Assembly: GCA_965246715.1 (NCBI GenBank)
Contig: CBDFFH010000036.1
Coordinates: forward strand, 110,815 to 174,814
Source of the DNA: Chamaesiphon sp.
GTDB lineage: Bacteria; Cyanobacteriota; Cyanobacteriia; Cyanobacteriales; Chamaesiphonaceae
Length of the DNA: 64,000 nt
Direction: 5' to 3'
In this document: one piece after another, positions 23,103-33,948 of the stretch
Layout: every line of letters starts with the position of its first letter
Position numbering within the stretch: position 1 is the first letter of the stretch
Notes under the pieces: generated by a model
Seen by the model: the letters and a program-made list of their open reading frames with translations, nothing else
The model's database searches: none
What the model was told of the DNA's origin: nothing
Translations under genes and position numbers: made by a program

Positions 23103-24517
23103 GGTTCTACCGAACTTACTATGCTAAATCAAGGATTGAAATGCCATGCTAGCAAACTTCTGATCTGAAAATTCTCAAAATTTCTAAACCCATATCCCAT
23201 TCTTTTTATTAGCTTGAGTTTATTGTTAATTCCTTCGACGACTCCTTGAGTTGTTCTATTATCAAAATAGGCAATTATTTCACCAATCCATCTTTTAATA
23301 GTTCCACAACTCTTGGGGAATTTCCCACAAGCATTCTTGAGCCAGTCACACAAGCTTATTAGCCCATTTCCCCAATCTGTTTTTGATTCAAATATATCTC
23401 TAAATAACTCTTTTGTTTTGTGCATTGCTGCTAATTCTGGAAAAACGTCTCCAATCTCTTTCAACTTCTCTTTTTGCAATTCATTCAAATCCGCTTCGTT
23501 TTTGAGTATTGCATATTTACTGTGAGTTAATGCTGCTAATTTCTTGTTCTTTTCATCTTTGTTCTTCACCCTCTCAGCCTCTCTTTTGATTTTAATTCTC
23601 TCTCGATCTAACTCTTCATTTATCTGTTTCATTACATGAAATCTGTCTCCAACCACTTCAGCATTTGGTATCAATTCATTTACCAGACTTTTGTATGATG
23701 AAAATAGATCGATACTTACTTCTGTAATTTGGTTCAAAACCTCCGAACCCCAAGACTTCAAGCACTCACCAATACATTCTTGAGTCCTTTTTGGTAAGAT
23801 GGCTATTAACTCTCTTTTTTCTAGATCTACTAACACCGCACAATAGTTTTTTTGCCCTTTAACAAAGGCAATTTCATCAATTCCTAGTCTGGTTAAATTC
23901 TCTGGCTTTTTTTGCACTAGATTTACCCCAGCTTTTTTGATTATTGTCTCCACTTCTTGCTCACTTAATCCATTTCTTTTGGCAACACTTTTAATATCAC
24001 TAGCTAGACTCTCTTCGACAATCTTCTGCTTCATTCGCTCGGTGAAATGACTTCTCTTTTTGATAAAATTTAATTCCTCACTGAATTTTCGACCACAACT
24101 CATACACTTGAATTGACGACGATTAATTTTAAGGTAAACATCATGTTCACCGAATGGTAGATCTCTCACTGTTAATTGGTGATTCTCATGAAGTTTATTA
24201 CTTTCAGTTCCACAATGAGGACACACTGCTTTTAATTGCTGATTTTCTAGATAAATAAAATAACCGATTTCATCTAAGATCTTATAAGCAGTGACGGTCA
24301 TTCCGTCGATATTAAGAATTTCATTAATGGTTTTTAGTTGCGATTTGGATGACATAATGCAATTCAAGCTTATTTGTTGCCAGAAATCAAGATCTTACTA
24401 TTCTATAATAAAATCTGTCATTTATGCTGCACCAAGCTTCCATAACTCAAAATTATCAATTTTGTCAATTAAACTTGATTCTTATCCACTACTTAGCATA
24501 GCAAGTTCGGTAGAGCC
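23103..24517 (-). mobile_element. ISL3-family IS (transposase 23129..24367)
   Basis: IRs GGTTCTACCGAACTTACTATGCTAA / TTAGCATAGCAAGTTCGGTAGAGCC; CPHCG, GIDE, DRFHV, EGINNKLK; no TSD. Confidence 0.9.
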
Positions 24518-24555
24518 TAAATATTTAGATCCAGCTATTAATCAGGAGCAAAATT

Positions 24556-25575
24556 ATGACAGATATCATCAGCCGCGAAATTCACCTAATCTCTCACCCC
24601 ACCGGAATGCCCACCCCAGCTAATTTTAGTCTCGTACAGGCCAAACTAGAGCCGCTCCAAGACGGACAGGTGCTAGTTCGCAATCTCTACATATCAGTAG
24701 ATCCCTACATGCGCGGGCGAATGAACGGCGGGAAATCCTACGTGCCACCATTTGAGTTGGGTAAACCGATGACTGGCGGTGCAGTCGGCGAGGTAATTGA
24801 ATCCCGCGTCGAGGAATTCAAGCCAGGTGATGCCGTCACCTCCAACTTTGGCTGGCGAGAATACTTTATGGCTACACCGCAACAACTGCACCCAGTCAGC
24901 CGTGAGATCGAACCGTCGATTTACCTTGGTGCCCTCGGCATCACAGGTTTGACGGCTTGGGCGGGATTGAATTTAGTCGAGGTCAAAGCTGGGGATATTA
25001 TTTTTATTTCGGGAGCTGCTGGCGCGGTGGGAAATATGGCTGGGCAACTGGCGAAACTGCGCGGTTGCGAGGTGATTGGCTCGGCGGGTTCGCCTGAGAA
25101 AGTCGAATTTTTGGTGAAAGATTGCGGATTTGATGTCGCCTTCGATTATAAACATGACCCGCTCATTCCGACGATCTCGCTCGCCGAACGATTGCACCTA
25201 GCCGCCCTCAACGGGATTGATGTCTATTTCGATAATGTCGGTGGTGAAATGCTCGAAGCTGCACTCTCAACATTGCGGGTACATGGACGGATTATCGCCT
25301 GTGGCGGCATCTCTGGTTACAACGCTGAAAAACCCCAGCCTGGGCCGAGCAATTTATTTAATATCACTACTAAACGATTGACGATGAAAGGGCTAATTGT
25401 TAGCGATTGGCTGGGTCATCAGGCCGAATTTGAAGGGGAAGTCGGCAGTTATTTTCGGGCTGGCAAGTTGAAAAATAAGCAAACAGTTGTGGTGGGAATC
25501 GACAAAGCCGTGAGCGCATTTCTCGGTCTATTCAAAGGAGAAAACATCGGCAAGATGGTCGTGAAATTAGAGTAG
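24556..25575 (+). CDS. NADP-dependent oxidoreductase (MDR, prostaglandin reductase/CurA-like)
   Basis: ISVDPYMRGRM, SGAAGAVG, YFDNVGG, NIGKMVV. Confidence 0.9.
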   Translation: MTDIISREIHLISHPTGMPTPANFSLVQAKLEPLQDGQVLVRNLYISVDPYMRGRMNGGKSYVPPFELGKPMTGGAVGEVIESRVEEFKPGDAVTSNFGWREYFMATPQQLHPVSREIEPSIYLGALGITGLTAWAGLNLVEVKAGDIIFISGAAGAVGNMAGQLAKLRGCEVIGSAGSPEKVEFLVKDCGFDVAFDYKHDPLIPTISLAERLHLAALNGIDVYFDNVGGEMLEAALSTLRVHGRIIACGGISGYNAEKPQPGPSNLFNITTKRLTMKGLIVSDWLGHQAEFEGEVGSYFRAGKLKNKQTVVVGIDKAVSAFLGLFKGENIGKMVVKLE

Positions 25576-25619
25576 AGCGCAGCCAATCGAGTTAGAACTT
25601 TAGAACACTCATACATTAT

Positions 25620-26429
25620 TTGGTTCGAGAAAGTATGGATCTCAAACTATCAGGCAAGGTGGCATTGGTTAGTGGTTCAACAGGCGGAATTGGACTGGCG
25701 ATCGCCACCACATTAGCTCAAGAAGGAGCAACAACGATTGTCAACGGGAGAACACAAGAGCGCGTAAACGCCGCGCTCGACCAAATCAAGCAAAGTGTCC
25801 CAAATGTCAATCTTCAGGGCATTGCTGCCGATCTGGGCACACTAGCCGGAGTTGAATCAATGATTCAACAGGTGCCAAAAGTCGATATTTTAGTGAATAA
25901 TTTGGGAATTTCTAGTTCTCAAGCTTTTGCAGATATCTCTGATGAAACATGGCTGCATATTCTAGACGTGAATGTGATGAGCGGTATTCGGCTCTCTCGC
26001 CATTATTTGCCGCCGATGCTGAAGCAAGATTGGGGACGAATTATTTTCATCTCTAGTGAATCTGCCTTAAATATTCCCGCCGACATGATTCACTACGGCG
26101 TGACCAAAATGGCACAATTGGCGTTGAGTCGGGGTTTGGCGGAAACAACTGTGAGTAGCAAGGTTACTGTCAATGCAGTGTTGCCAGGGCCAACTCGTTC
26201 CGAAGGCATGGAAGAGTTCATTCAGGGAGCATCGAAGGAACAAAATATTTCACCAGCACAAGTTGAGAAAGAGTTTTTTACCAAGATGCGTCCATCTTCG
26301 CTGATTCAGCGATTTGCTGCAACGTCTGAAGTTGCTGTATTGGTTGCGTTTGTTGCCAGTCCTTTAGCTTCTGCGATTAACGGTGCTGCTCTACGAGTGG
26401 AGGGTGGAGTAGTGAGATCGATTATTTAA
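25620..26429 (+). CDS. SDR family oxidoreductase
   Basis: SGSTGGIG, LVNNLG, YGVTK catalytic motif. Confidence 0.9.
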   Translation: MVRESMDLKLSGKVALVSGSTGGIGLAIATTLAQEGATTIVNGRTQERVNAALDQIKQSVPNVNLQGIAADLGTLAGVESMIQQVPKVDILVNNLGISSSQAFADISDETWLHILDVNVMSGIRLSRHYLPPMLKQDWGRIIFISSESALNIPADMIHYGVTKMAQLALSRGLAETTVSSKVTVNAVLPGPTRSEGMEEFIQGASKEQNISPAQVEKEFFTKMRPSSLIQRFAATSEVAVLVAFVASPLASAINGAALRVEGGVVRSII

Positions 26430-26505
26430 AGAATTCACTGCGTTGGCGTAACCTACCGGAGGTAATCGCCGATTCAACAAATCACTTAAAACTTAGGAAA
26501 AACAA

Positions 26506-27189
26506 ATGATTGATACCTTAGACAAAACCGATACAGAATTACAAGATGATGTCCTATCCGAACTCAGCTACGAGCCAAGCATAAACGTCATAGATATCGG
26601 TGTGTTGGTGAAAGATGGCACAGTGACACTCAATGGTTATGCCACCAGTTATATCGAGAAATGGGCAGCCGTAAATGCAGTTAAACGGATAAATGGAGTC
26701 AAGGCAATTATCGACGAGATTGAAGTCAACATCCCCGATGCTTATTACCGCACAGATGAAGACATTGCCGCAGCCGCAGCCGACGGAATTGACTGGTCTA
26801 CCACAATTCCGCCAGGAACCCTTGATGTAATAGTTATTGACGGCTGGGTATCACTAGCGGGGGAAGTGGAGTGGTGGTACCAACAGAATGCTGCTGTAAA
26901 TCTCGTGCAACAAATGATGGGTGTCACAGGAGTATCTAATCAGATCTCCATCAAACCCAAAGCGACAAAAATGGCAATTGAAAAAGACATTAACTCGGCA
27001 CTTAAACGCAGTGCGATCGTGGATGTCGATCGGATTCAAGTGGAGAGTGAGCATAACAAAGTGGTGCTGCGTGGTGATGTTCGCAGCTTTGCCGCACGGG
27101 ACGAAGCCGAACGCATTGCCTGGTCGGAACCAGGCGTGTATTCGGTGGACAATCATCTCGGCGTTAATTGGTCTTCGATCGTGGAATAA
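26506..27189 (+). CDS. Triple-BON domain protein (OsmY-like)
   Basis: Three BON repeats (DGTVTLNG, GWVSLAGEVEWWYQ, VVLRGDV). Confidence 0.9.
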   Translation: MIDTLDKTDTELQDDVLSELSYEPSINVIDIGVLVKDGTVTLNGYATSYIEKWAAVNAVKRINGVKAIIDEIEVNIPDAYYRTDEDIAAAAADGIDWSTTIPPGTLDVIVIDGWVSLAGEVEWWYQQNAAVNLVQQMMGVTGVSNQISIKPKATKMAIEKDINSALKRSAIVDVDRIQVESEHNKVVLRGDVRSFAARDEAERIAWSEPGVYSVDNHLGVNWSSIVE

Positions 27190-27271
27190 CGAGCGATTCA
27201 GGATAAGGAGAGTCTAAAGACTCAAATCGTTGGCGGTGCGATGCGCGTTAAATACAAACAACAGGAGAACC

Positions 27272-27841
27272 ATGACACAAACTAAATCAGCATCACCAGT
27301 CGCCTATCAGCGCGGATCTACACTCGAATCGACCACACTCTACAAGGGCGGTTTATTTTCCTTCCTAGTTAAGGGGGAGGATTCGGGGGGTCGCGACGCA
27401 ATGATTGAGTACCAAGCGAAACCTGGTAACGAGCCACCCCCATATCTGAATCAGTGGGAGCATGAGACGTATTACGTGCTTGAGGGGGTGATGGAATTCT
27501 ACTGCGGAGATAGCGAAGTCATGGTGGTAAATGCGGGGGAAATGGTCTTCCTTCCTCAAGGCAAAGCACACGCTTTTTATATCCGTTCCCCACAAGTCCG
27601 AGCCTTAATCTTGGTTCAGGCGGTGGGCGAACACGCGGTTGGACTAGATCGGCATTTGATGGCAATGGGGACACCTGCGACCAGTATGGATCTGCCTACG
27701 GATACAGTGGGCACCGATGAGTTTGTCGATCCTGGCGATTCCATCCGTGTGGGGACTGCCAACGGTATTCACTTCCTATCTTCGACAGACAATACCAAGG
27801 AATTACCTCATTACCCAGGCTTTAATAGTTGGGGACGTTAA
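27272..27841 (+). CDS. Cupin domain protein (quercetinase-like), metal-binding His residues partly lost
   Basis: EPPPYLNQWEHETYYVLEG and FLPQGKAHAF; the usual HxH is replaced by YLN. Confidence 0.7.
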   Translation: MTQTKSASPVAYQRGSTLESTTLYKGGLFSFLVKGEDSGGRDAMIEYQAKPGNEPPPYLNQWEHETYYVLEGVMEFYCGDSEVMVVNAGEMVFLPQGKAHAFYIRSPQVRALILVQAVGEHAVGLDRHLMAMGTPATSMDLPTDTVGTDEFVDPGDSIRVGTANGIHFLSSTDNTKELPHYPGFNSWGR

Positions 27842-27916
27842 CTGACATATATCTCCATCAGAGTTTTGGTGAGGTATGACAAGCTGAAAATGTTTATAAG
27901 TTATTAGGAAAAACAA

Positions 27917-28600
27917 ATGATTAATGTCTTAGATAAAACCGATATCGAAATCAAAACTGATGTGCTATCGGAACTCAAATACGATCCTAGTCTCAATGTT
28001 ACCGAAATCGGTGTATTAGTCACAGATGGCACCGTCACCCTCACTGGTTATACCACCAGCTTTGATGAGAAATTGGCAGCCGTTCATGCTGTAAAACGAG
28101 TGGCTGGGGTAGTTGCGATCGCCGACGATATCGAACTACACATCCCTGATGCCAACCACCGCACCGATGGTGAAATTGCCGCCGCTGCTGCCCACAAAAT
28201 GGCCTGGGCTACCACAATTCCCACGGGAACCGTTCAAATAACGGTGCGGAACGGTTGGATTATCCTAGAGGGCGAGGTGGAGTGGTGGTATCAGAAGAAT
28301 GCAGCGGAAACCGTCATGCGATCGATCGCGGGCGTTCATGGGGTGTCTAGCTCGATTTCAATTAAACCCACAGATAAAATCCCCGCAGTCGGCATGGATA
28401 TTGAAGCCGCAATCGATCGCAATGCTATATTAGATGCCAGCAAAATCCGCGTTGAGATTGTTGGGAGCAAGGTCATCCTTCACGGCACCGTGCGGACGCT
28501 TGCCCAACGCGAGGAAGCCGAGCGCATTGCCTGGGCTGCTCAAGGCGTATTTTCAGTTGAAGATCATCTTGCCGTTAAGTGGCATCCAAGTGGGGGTTAG
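27917..28600 (+). CDS. Triple-BON domain protein
   Basis: Paralog of 26506..27189. Confidence 0.9.
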   Translation: MINVLDKTDIEIKTDVLSELKYDPSLNVTEIGVLVTDGTVTLTGYTTSFDEKLAAVHAVKRVAGVVAIADDIELHIPDANHRTDGEIAAAAAHKMAWATTIPTGTVQITVRNGWIILEGEVEWWYQKNAAETVMRSIAGVHGVSSSISIKPTDKIPAVGMDIEAAIDRNAILDASKIRVEIVGSKVILHGTVRTLAQREEAERIAWAAQGVFSVEDHLAVKWHPSGG

Positions 28601-28605
28601 CACTA

Positions 28606-29392
28606 ATGAAACTAACCATTCAACGTGCAGATCCAGATCTAGTCCAGACAAGTAACGATTCTCGCCGCGATTATCGGCAGCATTGTCATCAATACTATCT
28701 CCAACTTCTTTCCGCCTGATGGTGTCGATATGGCGACTTTATCAGATCGCCTGTTTACTGGAGTTCAAATCCTGCCCGCCAACTACGCTTTCGCGATTTG
28801 GGCACCGATTTATCTGGGTCTGGTCGCCTTGGGGATTTATCAAGTCCAACCCGCCCAGCGTCACAATCCTAGCTTACAGCGCAGCGGCTATCTACTGGTA
28901 TTTGCCTGTATCGCTCAATGTGCCTGGATTTATCTCTTTCTCGCCCGTCTCTTTCCCTTATCGGTCGTCGCGATGTTCGGCATCTTGCTACCGCTGATTG
29001 TCCTATATCAACGCCTAGAAATCGGTCAACACCACGTTTCGCCAGCCGAACAATGGTTTATCCAGATCCCGATTAGCATTTACCTCGGCTGGATTACCGT
29101 CGCGATCGTTGTCAATGCCTCACTCGCCCTCTACAGCATCAACTGGGATGGTTGGGGGATTGCACCCGCAATCTGGGCAGTCATCATGATGCTCGTTAGT
29201 GGTGCAATCACAACTCAAATAATAATTAAACACCACGATACTGCTTACATGTTGGTAACTGTCTGGGCATTAATTGCGATCTGTATTCGCCATTTAGATA
29301 CACCTTTAATTACGGTAACTGCGACGATAACTGCAATCTTTTTGATTCTATTCAATCTAGAGATTGTACCTAAACCTTTCAGTTATAGATGA
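28606..29392 (+). pseudogene. TspO/MBR-like tryptophan-rich membrane protein with a frameshift near the 5' end
   Basis: PANYAFAIWAPIY and SIYLGWITVA; start at 28606 is out of frame by +1 around 28645. Confidence 0.7.
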
Positions 29393-29543
29393 CTAAATTC
29401 GACTTGTAAATAAGGATAAAAACATGAGCAATTTTCTATCTGCTAAGGGGTGCAGAGGTCAACCCTCAGCTACCCTAAAAACTAATAGCTAATTTTCTAG
29501 TTTGTTTCTTTTCAATAATAACAACAAACAAAACCCAAATAAT

Positions 29544-30218
29544 ATGCAACGTACCATTGAAAAAACCGACACGGAATTACAAAAAGATGTGATGTCCGAA
29601 CTCAAATACGATCCCAGCGTTAAAGTCTCAGACATCGGCGTATTAGCCAAAAATGGGACAGTGACACTCAATGGCTATGCCACCAGCTACAGCGAGAAAT
29701 GGGAAGCCGTACACGCCACCAAGCGGGTTGCAGGGGTCAAAGCAATTGCGGATGACATCGAAATCCAGCTCCCAGCTTCATATCACCGCACCGACACCGA
29801 TATTGCCGCAGCAGCCATCAACCAAATCGAATGGTCTACGACAATTCCCAACGGCACCGTTCAGGCAACAGTCCGTAATGGCTGGATTACCTTGGAAGGG
29901 GAAGTGGAATGGTGGTACCAGAAGAACGCCGCAGGCGGTCTAGTCAAGCAAATGGCAGGTGTTAAAGGAGTAACTAATTCAATTTCCATATCGCCCAAAG
30001 TGACGAAAAAGGCCGTCGAAACGGACATTAAATCTGCATTCAAACGCAGTGCGATGTTGGATGCCGAACACATCCGCGTGGAAACTTCTGGTAATAACGT
30101 CATCCTCCACGGTCAAGTTCGCAACTACAGCGAGTATGACGAAGCCGAACGAGTTGCTTGGTCTGAGCCAGGTGTCTCCTCTGTAGACAATCGCCTCGAA
30201 GTAGATTGGATGTTCTAG
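29544..30218 (+). CDS. Triple-BON domain protein
   Basis: Third paralog; likely start MQRTIEKTD. Confidence 0.9.
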   Translation: MQRTIEKTDTELQKDVMSELKYDPSVKVSDIGVLAKNGTVTLNGYATSYSEKWEAVHATKRVAGVKAIADDIEIQLPASYHRTDTDIAAAAINQIEWSTTIPNGTVQATVRNGWITLEGEVEWWYQKNAAGGLVKQMAGVKGVTNSISISPKVTKKAVETDIKSAFKRSAMLDAEHIRVETSGNNVILHGQVRNYSEYDEAERVAWSEPGVSSVDNRLEVDWMF

Positions 30219-30401
30219 CTTCCTGGTTAATTGTGTAGGGGTGCCCTTAATGGGTACCCACGAGATGTTTCTGTTTCACTTTTCAGATTTATTTTGGATC
30301 GTAAATTGTTGACAAGTAAGTATGCAATTACATTTATTCAAGCTGCAATCGCGTCACCAAAATACAATAATTACCGTTTCAGCTAAATAGAAGAGGAAAA
30401 T

Positions 30402-30560
30402 ATGTTGAATCTTATCTGGACTGGTATTGTCATACTTTTTGGACTGTGGTTATTAGGCATCTCAATTCATGTTGGTGGTACTTTAATCCACTTTCTATTA
30501 GTTTTAGCTCTAATTGGCTTTTTTTACAACTTATTAATCGGGATGCGAATCGGTCGATAA
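30402..30560 (+). CDS. Small membrane protein, lmo0937/DUF5670-like (52 aa, absent from the ORF track)
   Basis: MLNLIWTGIVILFGLWLLGISIHVGGTLIHFLLVLALI...; GAGG RBS upstream. Confidence 0.75.
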   Translation: MLNLIWTGIVILFGLWLLGISIHVGGTLIHFLLVLALIGFFYNLLIGMRIGR

Positions 30561-30600
30561 TTTTCCTGAATTTCTTAGTAATCTATTTACGCAAAAAATC

Positions 30601-31707
30601 ATGATTATTCCTCAATCTCAAACAACACATCCCGTCGCGTCTCACCAAGATGATTCAGCAGAGCCGACGCGAGTTGCAGTATTACTGACAGGATATGGCG
30701 AAGTAGAATCTTACCGCGATCTTAGCAGCTACAACCAAGCCGCAACTAAATATATTGCATCTCAGTTTGTATCGATTCCAAAGTGGCTATATCCGGCGGC
30801 TGGTTGGTTCTTGGGACTACTAGATCGGTACGATTTCGGGGTCAAACACCATCATTTTATGTCTCCTGAAAATGAGATATTTGAAAAACAACGAATTGGC
30901 ATTGAGCAGCAGTTGCAAAAACGCTGGGGAAGTGAGGTAGAAGTATTCAAAGGCTTTTATTTCTGCAAACCTTTTGTGCAAGAAGTTGTAGCCGAGATTA
31001 TCGAACAAGGATTTCAAAACTTACTAATTTTTCCATTACTAGTAGTTGATTCTGCATTTGCCGGGACAATAGCTGTAGAGCAAGTTAATGAAGTTATCAC
31101 AGCAAATGTTGAGAAGCCTGCATTCAAAGCAATTCGATATATTCCCGCTTTTGCAACTGAACCTGCTTACATCAATTTGCTAGTGCGCCAGATTAAGGAA
31201 TCCCTAAATCAGCCCGACCTAAATTGCTACTCTAAATCTCAAATTGGCATCGTCTTAACGGTTCATGGTGGCCCCGAAAAAGCTAATGGGTTGTTAACTG
31301 GGGTAATCGATGGACAAGCTGTATTCGATCGCGTGCAAGCCCAATTACAGCATCAATATCCACTAATCTCGATCGGGTGGATAAATCATGATATGCCGTT
31401 CATTAAATGGTCACAACCCAATCTCGAACAAGCAGCGAAAAGTCTAATCGGATCTGGTGCCCAAACTATTGTATTTAAACCGCTGGGATGGGTAACAGAA
31501 AACTATGAAACTATCCTTGATGTGGAGGATGCGATTCTCAAACTGAGAGGCTACGCCAACGAATCTTTGCAACATCAATATCCCACTGTCACTTACACGC
31601 GGCTCGAATGTGTCAATGACGATCCTGAATTTTTCAGCATCGCTGCAGCATGGGCAAATCCGCAGATTGAAGCAATGCTATCTGGATCGAAAATTGAAAA
31701 TGAGTAG
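30601..31707 (+). CDS. Ferrochelatase-like class II chelatase, with an in-frame 24-nt repeat insertion
   Basis: VLLTGYG, TVHG, KWSQP, ENYETILDV, CVNDDP; insert at 31536..31559. Confidence 0.75.
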   Translation: MIIPQSQTTHPVASHQDDSAEPTRVAVLLTGYGEVESYRDLSSYNQAATKYIASQFVSIPKWLYPAAGWFLGLLDRYDFGVKHHHFMSPENEIFEKQRIGIEQQLQKRWGSEVEVFKGFYFCKPFVQEVVAEIIEQGFQNLLIFPLLVVDSAFAGTIAVEQVNEVITANVEKPAFKAIRYIPAFATEPAYINLLVRQIKESLNQPDLNCYSKSQIGIVLTVHGGPEKANGLLTGVIDGQAVFDRVQAQLQHQYPLISIGWINHDMPFIKWSQPNLEQAAKSLIGSGAQTIVFKPLGWVTENYETILDVEDAILKLRGYANESLQHQYPTVTYTRLECVNDDPEFFSIAAAWANPQIEAMLSGSKIENE

Positions 31708-31733
31708 GCTAAACATCATGGAGCCTAACGATT

Positions 31734-32465
31734 ATGTCAGAATTTTTATTCGTGCTCTTGCTCTCAGCTTTACCAGTTATTAGTAACTTTATTGGTGCGA
31801 CGATCGCGGAAGCATTGCCACTATCAAAACAAACATTAGGACTAGCTTTACATGCTGCTGCTGGAGTACTTTTGGCGATCGCATCTACCGAACTAATTCC
31901 GAGAGTTTTGATTGCCAAACCTGCCTGGACAGCGATTCTAGCATTGTTTTTAGGTGGAGCTTTCTTTGTCTGGGTGAATCAACTGCTCAACTTAGATAAA
32001 AATCGACTGCGCGGGGTTGGGGGGAATACAGTTAGTTGGGTCATCTTTCTGAGTATGTCGATCGATCTATTCGGTGATGGCTTATTAATTGGCACTAGTT
32101 TGACGATCTCGCCGCATCTGGGGGTGATGCTAGCATCGGCGAGAGTTGTGGCACATATTCCCGAAGGTTTTGTGACTAATGCTGAGTTTAAGAGCCAGAA
32201 TATGCCGCGCACCCAGAGATTTTGGTTACTGGCTGCATTTCTGATTCCGGTGTGGCTGGGGGCGACGCTGGGCTATTGGGGATTGCGCGGACAAGGCGAT
32301 TTGCTCAAGCTAATTGTACTCGCATTTACTACGGGCACTTTAATGGTCGCGATCGTCGAAGAAATTCTCCCTGAAGCACATCAAACTCAAGATACAAACT
32401 TGTCTAGCTTGACATTTATCGGGAGCTTTGCGCTGTCAATGTTGTTCTCATCTTATCTGGAATAA
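31734..32465 (+). CDS. ZIP family metal transporter
   Basis: AAAGVLLA, DLFGDGL, AHIPEG, EILPEAH. Confidence 0.85.
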   Translation: MSEFLFVLLLSALPVISNFIGATIAEALPLSKQTLGLALHAAAGVLLAIASTELIPRVLIAKPAWTAILALFLGGAFFVWVNQLLNLDKNRLRGVGGNTVSWVIFLSMSIDLFGDGLLIGTSLTISPHLGVMLASARVVAHIPEGFVTNAEFKSQNMPRTQRFWLLAAFLIPVWLGATLGYWGLRGQGDLLKLIVLAFTTGTLMVAIVEEILPEAHQTQDTNLSSLTFIGSFALSMLFSSYLE

Positions 32466-32601
32466 CCATTGGTATAATCTCTACTGAGGAGCCGAGGCTC
32501 GATCGATGTTACTGTGCTGTCCCATGCATCAAACATAGCATTCAAGTTATGCTAATAAAAGTAAGCCTAGACCTTTTGAAGTAGTAACCGCTGAAGATCG
32601 A

Positions 32602-33633
32602 ATGCTCTCATACCAAAAACTACCTCAATGGCTCAAATTTAGCTTGACGTTCCCGTTAGTTTTTCTGAACGGGTGGCTAATTTTGCTACTTTATCATTCC
32701 TTACAACCGATTTCGAGCATCGTCATTGCTGCTTGTTTGGTGACGTTTTTACTAGATTATCCGATCGCCTTCCTAGAACGACGCGGATTGCAAAGAACTT
32801 TAGCAATTGGGTTAGTTCTAGTTATTGCAATTCTTCTAGTAGGGGCGATCGGGTTTGGACTATTACCGATCGTCTTTCGACAGTTGGAGGAATTTGTCAA
32901 CCGCCTACCAGCTTGGCTAGCAGCCGCACAGCAACAAGTTACCGACCTCAGTACGCTCCCCATCTTTCAAGATATTCCGATCGAAGTTACTAATCTAACA
33001 GCAGGATTGACCGATCGAGTCACACAAACTCTACAATTAGCATCACGCAAAGCGATTTTCTTGGCATTGGATACTATCAACAGTGCCTTAAATTTGCTCT
33101 TAATTCTGGTGCTAACCATCTTATTAGTGTTTAGTGGCGAATCATTATGGAAAGGATTGTGGAGCTGGTTTCCAGCACCCTGGAACGAGCGCCTGCAAGA
33201 CTCGCTCAGACAAAGTTTTCAGAGTTATTTTGCAGGTCAAGCGATCGTCTCGACAATTCAAGGCGTTTCACTAATGACTGTGTTTCTACTGCTGCAAATT
33301 CCGTTTGGGTTGCTATTTGGATTGACGATCGGATTTGCCAGTTTGATTCCCTTTGGTGGCACCCTCTCGATTATTGTAATTAGCTCACTACTTGCGCTCC
33401 AAAATATTTGGTTGGGACTCAAAGTTTTGGCGGTAGCAATTATCGTCGGTCAAATCATTGAAAATGCGATCGCCCCTCGATTGATGAGCGGTATGACTGG
33501 ACTAAATCCCGCTGTTGTCTTCATCTCCGTGCTGACGGGATCTCAAGTGGGAGGACTGCTCGGACTACTTTTAGCTGTGCCGACTGCGGGGTTTATCAAG
33601 CGGATTGCCGACCGAATAAAATCTAGTGAGTAG
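32602..33633 (+). CDS. AI-2E family transporter
   Basis: Hydrophobic, with ENAIAPRLM...GLNP...GGLLGLLLAVP. Confidence 0.85.
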   Translation: MLSYQKLPQWLKFSLTFPLVFLNGWLILLLYHSLQPISSIVIAACLVTFLLDYPIAFLERRGLQRTLAIGLVLVIAILLVGAIGFGLLPIVFRQLEEFVNRLPAWLAAAQQQVTDLSTLPIFQDIPIEVTNLTAGLTDRVTQTLQLASRKAIFLALDTINSALNLLLILVLTILLVFSGESLWKGLWSWFPAPWNERLQDSLRQSFQSYFAGQAIVSTIQGVSLMTVFLLLQIPFGLLFGLTIGFASLIPFGGTLSIIVISSLLALQNIWLGLKVLAVAIIVGQIIENAIAPRLMSGMTGLNPAVVFISVLTGSQVGGLLGLLLAVPTAGFIKRIADRIKSSE

Positions 33634-33723
33634 GGCGGCATAAATATCAATAATGACTGGGATCGGGATCGATTTCCTAATATGTTAGGATATTATTATC
33701 CTACTAGCGAGTAAGATTTAATT

Positions 33724-33948
33724 ATGAGTGCCAAAGTAAGCATCACACTAGATGAAGAAGTTCTAGAGTTCGTCGATCGATCGAGCAAAAATCGCAGCCA
33801 GTTCATCAACGAAATATTGGCTCAGGCCAAGAAGAACCAATTATTGAAAGAGTTGGCGAATGCTTATACAGAACTAGCAAACAATCCTGAGTATCAAGCT
33901 GAGACTAAGTTATGGGATGTGACAGTGGGGGATGGCATCGATGCCTAA
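33724..33948 (+). CDS. CopG/RHH antitoxin (MazE-like)
   Basis: KVSITLDEEVL...NRSQFIN, ending WDVTVGDG; overlaps the toxin; palindrome TAGGATATTATTATCCTA upstream. Confidence 0.8.
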   Translation: MSAKVSITLDEEVLEFVDRSSKNRSQFINEILAQAKKNQLLKELANAYTELANNPEYQAETKLWDVTVGDGIDA

